Part shown: one piece after another, positions 52,801-64,000 of the stretch | Layout: each line of letters opens with the position of its first letter | How positions within the stretch are numbered: the stretch's first letter is position 1 | Origin: Eledone cirrhosa | Taxonomy: Eukaryota | Length of the DNA stretch: 64,000 nt | Direction of reading: 5' to 3' | NCBI GenBank assembly: GCA_964016885.1 | Contig: OZ024743.1 | Span: 303,552,001-303,616,000, forward strand | Translations under genes and position numbers: made by a program | The notes under the pieces: generated by a model | The model's database searches: none | The model's input: only the letters and a program-made list of their open reading frames with translations | Told to the model about the DNA's origin: nothing

Positions 52801-54862
52801 AAGACTATTTCATGAAAACTTTCAGTGGAGATGGTCACGGTTGGAATTTCATTCATCAGCAGAGCTCAACAGAAAACCAGGGCTATCACAGTAATATAGT
52901 CCGAAAAAGGGAATTCTAAAACTGGCTAGTTCGCCTTCATGTGTATTTATGAAAAAGCACAAGAGGAAAAAAACGGGGCTGGTGACGTCAGGATGGAAGT
53001 GAATGTTTATTTACAAGAAATAGCAGTCAAATACATTCTGAAAAAAAACTCTACAAAGGAGTTCAGCAAAATAGCAATAATTATCACAGTTTTTATGAAA
53101 AAAACCGGGATTAGTCACAGATAGTTTAAGCACTCTAGGAAAAGAATCCGAGTATAAATATAAATGAGAGGTATAGAGATTGTTTTAGCAAGAAGCTAAC
53201 GGCATTCTATAACATATATGCGACTATAACGTCAAGATGGGGAAAGTAGTTAACGAAAGATTTAGGAAAAATAACTCAAACTCCTCTCAAAAGAGAATCA
53301 GGATACAAATTCATCCACAGAATTTAGTAAAATCCAGGGAAAAATCTATAGACCTTTAACTCATGATAAAACAAAGTTTGAAACCCTTATCCTTCAATTT
53401 GGAATAACATCAGATGCTCTGTATAGTCTTAAAAGACTATTTCATGAAAACTTTCAGTGGAGATGGTCACGGTTGGAATTTCATTCATCAGCAGAGCTCA
53501 ACAGAAAACCAGGGCTCTCACAGTAATATAGTCCGAAAAAGGGAATTCTAAAACTGGCTAGTTCGCCTTCATGTGTATTTATGAAAAAGCACATGAGGAA
53601 AAAAAATGGGGCTAGTGACGTCAGGATGGAAGTGAATGTTTATTTACAAGAAATAGAGTCAAATACATTCTGAAAAAAAAACTCTACAAAGGAGTTCAGC
53701 AAAATAGCAATAATTATCACAGTTTTTATGAAAAAAACCGGGATTAGTCACAGATAGTTTAAGCACTCTAGGAAAAGAATCATCCGAGTATAAATATAAA
53801 TGAGAGGTATAGAGATTGTTTTAGCAAGAAGCTAACGGCATTCTATAACATATATGCGACTATAACGTCAAGATGGGAAAAGTAGTTAACGAAAGATTTA
53901 GGAAAAATAACTCAAACTCATCTCAAAAGAGAATCAGGATACAAATTCATCCACAGAATTTAGTAAAATCCCAGGAAAAATCTATAGACCTTTAATTCAT
54001 GATAAAACAATATTTGAAACACTTATCCTTCAATTTGGAATAACATCAAATGCTCTGTATAGTCTTAAAATACTATTTCATGAAAACTTTCAGTGGAGAT
54101 GGTCACGGTTGGAATTTCATTCATCAGCAGAGCTCAACAGAAAACCAGGGCACTCACAGTAATATAGTCCGAAAAAGGGAATTCTAAAACTGGCTAGTTC
54201 GCCTTCATGTGTATTTATGTAAAAGCACACGAGGAAAAAAAACGGAGCTAGTGACGTCAGGATGGAAGTGAATGTTTATTTACAAGAAATAGCAGTCAAA
54301 TACATTCTGAAATAAAAACTCTACAAAGGAGTTCAGCAAAATAGCAATAATTATCACAGATTTTATGAAAAAAACCGGGATTAGTCACAGATAGTTTAAG
54401 CACTCTAGGAAAAGAATCCGAGTATAAATATAAATGAGAGGTATAGAGATTGTTTTAGCAAGAAGCTAACGGCATTCTATAACATATATGCGACTATAAC
54501 GTCAAGATGGGAAAAGTAGTTAACGAAAGATTTAGGAAAAATAACTCAAACTCATCTCAAAAGAGAATCAGGATACAAATTCATCCACAGAATTTAGTAA
54601 AATCCAGGGAAAAATCTATAGACCTTTAACTCATGATAAAACAAAGTTTGAAACACTTATCCTTCAATTTGGAATAACATCAAATCCTCTGTATAGTCTT
54701 AAAAGACTATTTCATAAAAACTTTCAGTGGAGATGGTCACGGTTGGAATTTCATTCATCAGCAGAGCTCAACAGAAAACCAGGGCTCTCACAGTAATATA
54801 GTCCGAAAAAGGGAATTCTAAATCTGGCTAGTTCGCCTTCATGTGTATTTATGAAAAAGCAC
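46841..54862. repeat. 632-bp-unit tandem array, about 12.7 units, bounded by (TA)n; one hammerhead per unit
   Basis: The marker ATGTGTATTT recurs at about 47249, 47882, 48514, 49146, 49778, 50410, 51042, 51674, 52307, 52939, 53571, 54207 and 54841. Confidence 0.97.
47727..47808 (-). ncRNA. Type I hammerhead ribozyme (representative of 13 copies)
   Basis: gcucug CUGAUGA augaaa [29 nt] uuucau GAAA uagucu-uuua-agacua UA cagagc; three 6-bp stems, canonical core, AUA cleavage triplet. Confidence 0.85.
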
Positions 54863-54913
54863 ATATATATATATATATTTATATATATACACATATACAC
54901 AAATGTATATATG

Positions 54914-55008
<95 letters not shown>

Positions 55009-55190
55009 ACACACATATACATACATATACATACATACACACATACATATATATACATACATACACACATACATTTATATACATACATACACACATACAT
55101 ATATATACACACATATATATATACATATATACACATATACACACGTATGCATATATACATATATATACATATATACATATATACTTATAA

Positions 55191-55221
<31 letters not shown>

Positions 55222-55224
<3 letters not shown>

Positions 55225-57340
55225 TTTGCTAAAACACTCAGTGGTTAAGGATTTCGAAGTTGATGTCATTCTCAATGCCCGTAAGTCGGTGATTAATTTG
55301 AACGACTCTATTTGGATTAAAAAATCCTATAGTACCCCATTCTACGTGAGTATGGGCGCCAGCGATTCTGCGGAGGTTACTGATCTTATCGGCCTTTTCC
55401 TTCTTTTCTCCATCAAGGACGAATTCCCCAACGCGAGTGGTGGTTTGTACCGTGATGTTGGTCTTTTGACCATGACTAAGTGCGGACCTCGTGCTTGCGA
55501 CAGGTTCAGAAAAGAACTCACAGCCTTCTTTAAAGTCTTCAACCTCTCTATACATGTTGAGGCCAATCTCTCGGTCGTTAATTACCACGACGTTACCCTC
55601 AATTTATCGAATGTATTACCCGTATAGAAAGCCGAATGATACGCTTAATTACATAATTAAGCATTCCAACCATCCTGGTAGCATAACCAAAACCTGGTAA
55701 GAAACGTTTCGTTGAAGCTTTCCCGTCTATCTACTAACGAGCATATTTTCAACGACCATTCCACTTATTACAATGAAGCTCTTGCTCGGAGAGGATATGT
55801 CGATAAGGTAGCATATACAGAGTACGAAAATAGACCTAGAAGAAATAGGTCCCGTCGCATTTGTTGGTATAACCCACCGTATAATATGGAGGTGGCCACA
55901 CCATTAGCTAAGAACTTTCTTTCCCTTATTACGAAGCATTTTCCCCCTGCACATAAATATAGTAATTTTTTTTATAGAAATACTATTAAAATGTCTTACT
56001 CTACGACTCCTAACCTTGCACATAACATCACAGCTTCAAATTTAGCTAAACTACCTAGCCGTAGGAACACGTGCAACCCTGAAGTTAGTACTAACTCTAA
56101 TTGTAGGATACGGGTTGATTGCCCCCTATCCGGGAAATGTCTCTCTAATAACATTGTCTACACATGTAAGGTTGAAACACCCACGTCCCGTAGGGCCTAC
56201 ATATGGTTAACCGCCAATAGATTCAAGCAGCGTCTTTACATGCATACCCATTCTTTTTGTTGCCCTCTAAGAAGGAATATGACGTCACTTACAGCTTATA
56301 TCTGGAGTCTAAAAGACAACCACACCCAATATAAGTTACCCTGAGAGATCCTAGCTAGGGCTAGATCGTATAACGGAAATAAAAGACCATATTACCTCTG
56401 CGCCGCTGAGGCCCTGGAAAAACTCTACGCCACAGACCAGATCTTAAACAAAAAATCTGAGGCAATTTCGGCTTGTAAACATAAATTGCACAAAACTTTC
56501 CTGTAATACAGCCCCACATTATACCCTAACGGATAGTACGATCTATACGTGGATATGTTAGTCTTCATGTGGTAGCTAAGTATATGTTATGTTTATAAAA
56601 TTACTTATTTGCATAGGTAAGTATATATTACCTCTATGTTTTGTGAAGGTATGTATACTTTCTCGTACGTATATTTGATTGTATATGTTATGGCGTATAA
56701 TTTTATATATTCTGGTACATATGGTTTGGTTATGTGTATACGGGAGTTTAGCGTCTGTGTGAGCATGCAGGTTCGTACGTATGTAGGGTGTGTGTATATG
56801 TGTACTTCATGTTTTGCTTAACCTACGTATCCGAACATTTGTGTATTTAGATGTAGGTATGTGTGTGCGCTTGTTATATACGTATTTATTTATTTATATA
56901 CGTTTATTTATTTATTTGTATACACGCACACACACACACACACACACATATTTATATGTGCGTGGTTTTGTATACCTATGGCAAGTGTTTTCGCGTATGC
57001 TTGTGTACGTACGTATTTGCATGTGTGTATGGATTTATTTAATTTCTTTACCTATGTATTGTAATTTTTTTACTTTATTCTTAACTCTGAAGCGGAGATT
57101 ATTTCGGTTTCCTAGTTAGAATGTTAGTCTACGACTTCAGCTATACCATTTACGTGGTTTTGTCTTGGCTCCACATATGCCGTATTATCTTCGTTTTTTC
57201 CTTTCATTGCCAGAGAACGTCTCTATGAACCACCTAAGAGAACATTAGTCTACGACTTCTTTTATACCATAAACGTGGTTCTGTCTTTGCGTGTAAATGT
57301 TTTTCACCGCTCCTATTAATGGCGTATTATATTCGTTTTT
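55222..57340 (+). mobile_element. Naiad-type PLE, second subfamily, 5'-truncated
   Basis: MGASDSAEVTDLIGL, GLYRDVG, HDVTLNL, SNHP, WYNPPYN, NCRIRVDCPLSGKCLSNNIVY. The ORF ends at about 56505 and is followed by a UTR. Confidence 0.85.
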
Positions 57341-57344
57341 TCCC

Positions 57345-57615
57345 GTTCTTTGCCAGGGAACGTTTCCACGAACCAAAGTATCGTCTTCCTTTCTTCCTCC
57401 GGTTGCAACGTTTTTTGAAATATCCACTTCTGCGTTTACAGATTGACTTGATTAGTTTCAGAAGATCCCGTTAAGGGTGAGAGCAGTGATTATTTGCTTA
57501 AACTTTAATCTGTTATTTTAAATAAATATTTGCTCTACTGTTCTTATATATTTGATATATATTTATCCTTATCGAGCCCTCTTTGGATTTTAGTCCTCAA
57601 ATTTATTATTATTAA
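57345..57615 (+). repeat. Copy of the ~395-bp repeat family at the end of the PLE 3' region
   Basis: Matches 38045-38310; its hammerhead-like fold (57438-57513) has GAAA changed to GAGA. Confidence 0.8.
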
Positions 57616-58287
57616 TATATATATATATATATAGTGTAATATTGCCAGAATTAATAACAGAACACACTCACTGTTTGGTTGGTTTTCGCTTTTCGCTTCT
57701 GTGTCTTTTATATCGGTAACCTAATTTACTCGGTCCTCAATGTTGCCATTGACTGACCGACGGTCAAAAATGATACAGATACAATATGGACACAAACACA
57801 TACATATAGTTTATCATAAATCTTTCGTTGCACATCTGCAACATCGTCAGTGGTGCTATTATTTCCTCCCGTTGTATTGTATGTCTACGCCAATTTTATT
57901 CAGTCTGTCTATATATTTATTTATTTATTTGCTTGTTTGTTTAGTTTATTTTGTCTTCTTTGCGCATGCGTTTGCGTGTGTGTATAGTGTTTTGTTTGAT
58001 GTGTGACCCTCCCCAAGTATTACAATATTTGTTTCGACACACGATTTCATATAAACAACCTCGCAAAACTAATTCATCGCCGTTATATATATATATATAT
58101 ACATATATATACACATACATACATATATAGTAATATATACATATATACACACATATACACACACATACACAAATATATATATATACACACATATATTTAT
58201 AGACAAACACTTACATACCTACATATTATACATAAATACATATACACACATACATGTCAACACACATATATATATACATATATATAC

Positions 58288-58394
<107 letters not shown>

Positions 58395-58586
58395 TATACA
58401 AAATAAATACATACACAGATATATACACATATACATACATACCCATACATAAATATACATATACACACATACATATATATATATATACATATATACACAT
58501 ATATATATACACATATACATACACATACATATACATATATATACACATATACACACACATACATACATATACACACATATACATAT

Positions 58587-58639
<53 letters not shown>

Positions 58640-58674
58640 CACACATATACACATATATATATACACATATATAC

Positions 58675-58761
<87 letters not shown>

Positions 58762-58859
58762 AATATATACATATATACACATATACACACACATACACAT
58801 ACATACACATACATACATATCTATATATATACAAATAAGTACTCATTAATATACGCATA

Positions 58860-59995
58860 TACACAGGCAGATAAAAACAGATCTACAGGCAGAAAATGCA
58901 GATAGGTAAGAGGTAATCACATAGCTATAGTGGCCGTATTTCAGGTTGAAGATGGGTGTGGTGGGAAGTAGATACAGGGGCTAAAAGGAGGAAGTCGTTT
59001 TTAGCCATCGGGCATTAACACTGGCTTAAGGAATTTGAAAGTTGCAAAATCTTGTGCATGCAGTTCGGGCAGTGTTCAGAGAGTTTGTTCAGTAGCGGGC
59101 CCTTGGCGAATAAAAGTTCAAAGCTCTCTGAGATACAGGGTCCCAGCCCTTGTTTCATCCTTTGTAAGAGGGCGCTTCTGGAGTATTTTCCATTTAAGTG
59201 GAAGGGGGTGGAGTTCTATTTGAGGTCCCAAACATAGGAGGCGAGTTTTGTCTGGTTTGATTTGTCCGGTCTTCTGAAGGAGTGGGTATGGGCATACCAA
59301 CGGCTCTTAAAGTTATTGGAAGTCATGCCGATGTAAGTCTTTTTGTTATTGCAACCGTCGGTGCCTGAGACGACATCGAATTTGTATACGATATCATTTG
59401 TCAGGCATTTGTTTTCAAGTGGGCAGGCTTCCTTATTTAGGCAATTACACAAGGCCCCATTCCGGGGATTGGGTTCGGTGGTGGTTGGCTTATTTAATTT
59501 TTCATATTGGTGGTTGGCTATATTCCTAGCTAGGTTAGGTGTGGTGAAGTGGGGGAGTCTTATTGTGTTCTTATTAAAGATGGTGTAGTACCTATGTTGT
59601 ATGGGGAAGTGTGTTTTCAGCACAGTGAAGACAATCCTAGCTATCGGTGTAGAGACTTATCTAATGAAGGGAGGGTTGTACCAGCTAATCTGCCTATGCC
59701 TATTCATCCTCTGCAAATTTGCGGTGGTTTCTAGTTTAGTTATCTTTTATTTAAATCCGCTGTGGGCGAGGGCGTCATTGTAGTAGGAGGCAGAGGCGTT
59801 AAAAATATCTTCGTTGGCTGAGATGACAGATTCTAATAGAGACGCTTTTTACTAAGTTATCAGTGATGTTTTGGGGGTGGTTAGAATTAACATTAATATA
59901 CCTAAGGGACTCGTTAGGTTTGTGGTACTGGAAATAGAGGGAAGTATCCAGGTCGAGAGTGACATCTAAAAAGTTGGCCCTAGTCATATTAGATT
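58860..59995 (-). mobile_element. Naiad-type PLE fragment, same family as 44320-45600
   Basis: ORF 59216-59623 (LCNCLNKEACPLENKCLTNDIVYKF...TYIGMT) and FLDVTLDL; reverse-complement similarity to 44480-45590. Confidence 0.85.
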
Positions 59996-60324
59996 CTCTC
60001 TCTCTATATATATATGTATATATATATATATATATGTATATGTGTATGTGTATATGTATGTATGTGTATGTATGTATATAGATATATATATATCTGTGTA
60101 TGTATTTATTTATTTTTATATATATATTTATATGTATGTGTATGTGTGTATGTGTGTGTATATATGTGTGCATATGTGTATATATATGTATGTGTGTATG
60201 TGTGTATGTATATATATATATATATGTGTGTGTATATGTGTGTATTTATGTATGTGTATTTATATGTATATGTATGTGTATATCTGTATATATATATGTG
60301 TATATGTGTGTCTATATTTGTATA

Positions 60325-60409
<85 letters not shown>

Positions 60410-60410
60410 G

Positions 60411-60537
<127 letters not shown>

Positions 60538-60540
60538 CTG

Positions 60541-61024
60541 TGTAGCGACGTGGTTAGTCAGTCTGGTCACCACTTCCGATCAGATCCGAGAATAGCCCTT
60601 AAAAGGATTGTTATCGCATACGGTCTGATCGTATCTGAAGATAGCCCTTAAAAGAACTATTGTCACATACGGTAAGGATGAACAGACGAAAGCACAAGTT
60701 GAAAGGACGAAGCAAGGCGAGAGATGTAATGTCGATCAGCTTTTTATTTTCACATGAATCGACGATACATGGTACAAGGCGTGTGTGAGTGCCAAGCGTG
60801 GCAGTGGCGAGGAACAACGATACGCGGGTTGACTTTGCCAAATGTCAACTGGCGAAGTGTTTGGAAACACTATATTTATACAGAAATAATCGTTTCATGT
60901 TTAGCCGCTGTGTAGGCGTTTATTCTGGTAGCTTCTATGGATTGTTTTGTTTCACGGTGAGGTAGCTAGCTAACAGGTATATGGCGCTGTATATTTCACA
61001 GATGTTATTTCCGGTGGCTGTACA
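60541..61024 (-). repeat. Putative 3' LTR of the Gypsy element
   Basis: On minus it runs TGTACAGCC...CGCTACA (TG..CA ends), preceded by a purine-rich GGCAGTGGGCTAA. The 5' LTR is outside the window, so this is unverified. Confidence 0.45.
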
Positions 61025-64000
61025 TTAGCCCACTGCCAAATCTTTTGTACAACAAAAGAGTGAAATATCGTATAGTAATGGGCCAGTGGTGCATTTGTCA
61101 TGACAATATCCTCAGCAGTGTCCAGCACGTTGTAAAATTTTGTGATCATCGAGTACAGGACAGAGTCGATGTAGAGATGCTATGGCATGATGTGTGTGTC
61201 AGGAAGAGAAAAAGAAATAAACTATAAAATGATTTTGACCAGATTTATGCAGCAGTGATGAATGAGCCTGTTGCAATTTGGGTTGAGCTGCCTGTGAATT
61301 GCATGACAAAAAGTCTAACTGGGCAGTGAAGATAACCGTAACGTGTGAAATGAATGGCCGTAGGCATGCTGCCTAAAAGTTTGCTCCACAGCATATGACT
61401 TGAGCGAATGCATGTGGTAAAAAAATAGCGAGGCATTCTCGAGCTATTGAGTGAATGTGTACGTGAAAAAAGAAGGCCAGTGTTTTGATGATGCGATTTG
61501 TGAAATGCGTGATCAAAGAGAAAACATTTTGTAGTATAAGAGTTAGAGGGACACAAATATCTATTGCTCAGTGTATGAACCAAAAGGTGAAAAAAAACGT
61601 GGTGTTGTAGTGTGCATGAACAACAGAATATGTACACGCCTTGTATCTATACAAAAATGATGGCAATTACACAATCAATGTTACAGAACAAGAAAAATAA
61701 AAACTTTGCAAAACAAGAGAGTGAAGAAAAAAATGTTATACACAATGTTTGTTCTTAAATAGTGTTTGTAATAAATAATGTTCATAATAAATAATGTTCT
61801 TCGTGACATGAGCACATGGTCACTAAAAAATTGCAATTGTTCCAGCAGAAATTCATTGTATTTGAAACTGGAAATAGTAAACACAAGAAAAATTGAATTG
61901 TTTTGCACGAAGAATGATTAAGAAACTCACTTGAGGTTAACGGTAATTCACACATTATGCCAACTTGGCGGGCCAATGGACGCGTCGTCCACTTCTCATG
62001 ACTGGGGATGAAACAGGTGGCTCGCTGGGACAGCAATCTGTTGGAGTCTCTGGTGTAGTGACTGTTACAGTACCATGATGGCTTTTTTCAATCTGTCCAC
62101 GCTGACAGAATTCTGTTTACCATCTAGATCGAGAATAAAATATTTCGGATGTGTTTTTAGAACACGATAAGGGCCAGAATATGGAGGGCGAAGATGAGCT
62201 GAGATGGTGTCGTTTCGAAAGATAACGTGTGTCCAATCGTTAATGTCTGAAGGTACGTGTGTGGCCGTGTTCTGTTGACGGGTGCTTGCAGGAGCAAGGT
62301 GAGAAATATATTGTCGAAGACGGTGTACGTATGATCCTGGGTCTGGAACATCCTGTAGAGAGATGGGAGCAACCATCTGACCAGGGTGTTGCCGTACACT
62401 AATTCTGCAGGTGTGTATCCGAATTCCTCCTTAACGGTGGATCGAATGCCCAGAAGGATGAGTGGTAGGTATTAAAACCCGTGGGTCTTGTCTGGATATG
62501 CTTTTATTGCAGCTTTCAATTTGCGATGGAATCTTTCCACGAGATCATTAGCTTGCGGGTGATAAGCTGTCGTGCGGATGTGTTTACATCCTAACAGGCG
62601 AGTCAGTTCCCCTGAAGAGGGGGGAGTCAAATTGGCGTCCTCTGTCCGTTGTTATCTTCGCTGGGGCGCCGTAACGTGATGCCTAGTGTAAAACCAAAAT
62701 TTTAGCGACTGTTTCCGCTGAGGTATCATTTAAGGGAAAAGCCTCAGGCCAACGGGAAAATTGACCTATGCAGGCGAGCAAGTGTGTGTAGTTCTGTGAG
62801 GGTGGTAGAGGTCCGACGATGTCGATATGCACATGATGAAAAGGTGCATCAGGTTGCGCGAACGTGCCGAGTGGAGTTTTGATGTGTCTGTGGACTTTGG
62901 CTTTCTGTCAGGCAATGCAGCTCCTGAACCAGTCGCGCATGTCCTTGTTAATGTTAGTCCACACAAAACGAGCAGAGATGAGTTTCTGTGTAGCCCGGAT
63001 TCCCGGGTGAGACAAGCAGTGTAAAGCAGAAAAAACCTGTCGACGATGCATCTGTGGTACGTACGGTCGTTCATGACCGGTAGAAAATCGCACCAAATTT
63101 GTCCCGGAGAAGAAGAAATGGGAACTTGCTGAAACTTGAGGGATGACAAATCTCGGAGCTTGATAAACTCTTCGTCAGTCTCTTGGTCAGCTGCGATCTG
63201 TTGAAGGTCGATGCCCGAATGCACATGTACTGCGTTCAGCTGGATTTGGGACAGGGCGTCTGCTGCTAAGTTGTCTGATCCCTTGATATGCCGGATATCA
63301 GTTGAATATTGGGAGACAAAATCCAGGTGTCGGAGTTGTCTCGGTGAATGTCGATCAGATTTGGTACGTAATGCATAAACTAGTGGTTTATGGTCCGTGT
63401 AGATCACGAAATCTGATCCTTCGAGCATGTGCCGAAAATGCTAAACCGAAAGATAGGTTGCCAAGAGTTCGCGGCCAAAGGTACTGCATTTCATTTCTGC
63501 CAGTTGCAAACGCCGTCGACATGTTGTTGTAAAACGCCTCCAACCCCCGTATCTGATGCGTCCACTAGCATCGAAAGAGGAGCGCCAGACCTGGAGAAAA
63601 CGAGCATGGAAGCGTTTGCCAACATTTCCTTCGGGCGGTTAAAAGATGTTAATTCTTCCTCGTTTAGAGTGATCTCTTCGTTTTTGCGAGTTCGTTTACG
63701 AAGAAGGTCCGTGAGGAGTCTGGCTGCGTCGGAACAGTGAGGGATAAAACGCCTATAAAAATTCACCAAACCGAGGAATTCACGCAGTTTCCGAAGTGAA
63801 GTAGGTGCGGGAAAACTGCGGATAGCTTCTACTTTCTCGGGAAGTGGACAAATGCCGTCTTTATCGATGATGTGCCCGAGAAAGGACAGTGAAGGAACGC
63901 CGAGAAGGCACTTGCTGGGTGATGATGATACCGTACTCAGCCAAACGTTGGAAAAGGAGATCTAAGTGCTTCTCGTGTTCTTGCTCGGAAGTACTTGCTA
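60541..64000 (-). mobile_element. Ty3/Gypsy LTR retrotransposon, 3' portion, degenerate pol
   Basis: FLGHII, FLGLVNFYRRFIP, DASDTGVGGVLQQ, YTDHKPL, HIKGSDNLAADALS, integrase HHCC (H..SHPG...C..C), TAYHPQAN, and PYSGPYRV...VSVDRLK (GPY/F module), ending at 62065. Confidence 0.92.

Noticed and set aside
47882-53124. Repeated 61-aa ORF ([13 protein letters not shown]...) as a tandem gene family
   Set aside because: Short, no recognisable domain, broken by indels or a stop in several units; it recurs only because the unit does.
46841-54862. CRISPR array or 5S/snRNA/tRNA gene cluster
   Set aside because: Whole units repeat with no unique spacers, the context is eukaryotic, and I recognised no 5S, snRNA or tRNA sequence in the unit.
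55712-56505. In-frame TGA at 56342 as selenocysteine recoding (reported for some Naiad PLEs)
   Set aside because: It sits at the conserved Trp of W(E/K)IL, so it is a TGG-to-TGA decay mutation; Cys positions use normal codons.

Overview
Eukaryotic, repeat-dominated window with no recognisable host gene. The long (TA)n/(CA)n tracts, SINE remnants and element mix suggest an octopod or other cephalopod genome (inference). Bases 1-19 kb hold a nest of LINEs. These are Tx1/L1-clade elements (APE-RT-CCHC) and R4/Dong-like RLE elements set tail-to-tail on (TTA)n tracts, followed by a decayed RTE. A third Tx1-like copy (31.5-35.6 kb) has an uninterrupted ORF2 and lies in a (TATC)n tract. The rest contains Penelope-like elements (PLEs), a mariner relic, and the 3' half of a Gypsy element. 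The main observation is a set of non-coding, (TA)n-associated tandem or inverted repeat families with units of about 632, 593, 395 and 315 bp. Each unit carries a type I hammerhead ribozyme (HHR) fold. Several have unusually long stem-II insertions or non-canonical cores (U3-A8, U4A). They look like large retrozyme-like or PLE-terminus-derived self-cleaving repeats. All folds were read by eye; no activity data or database search was available.
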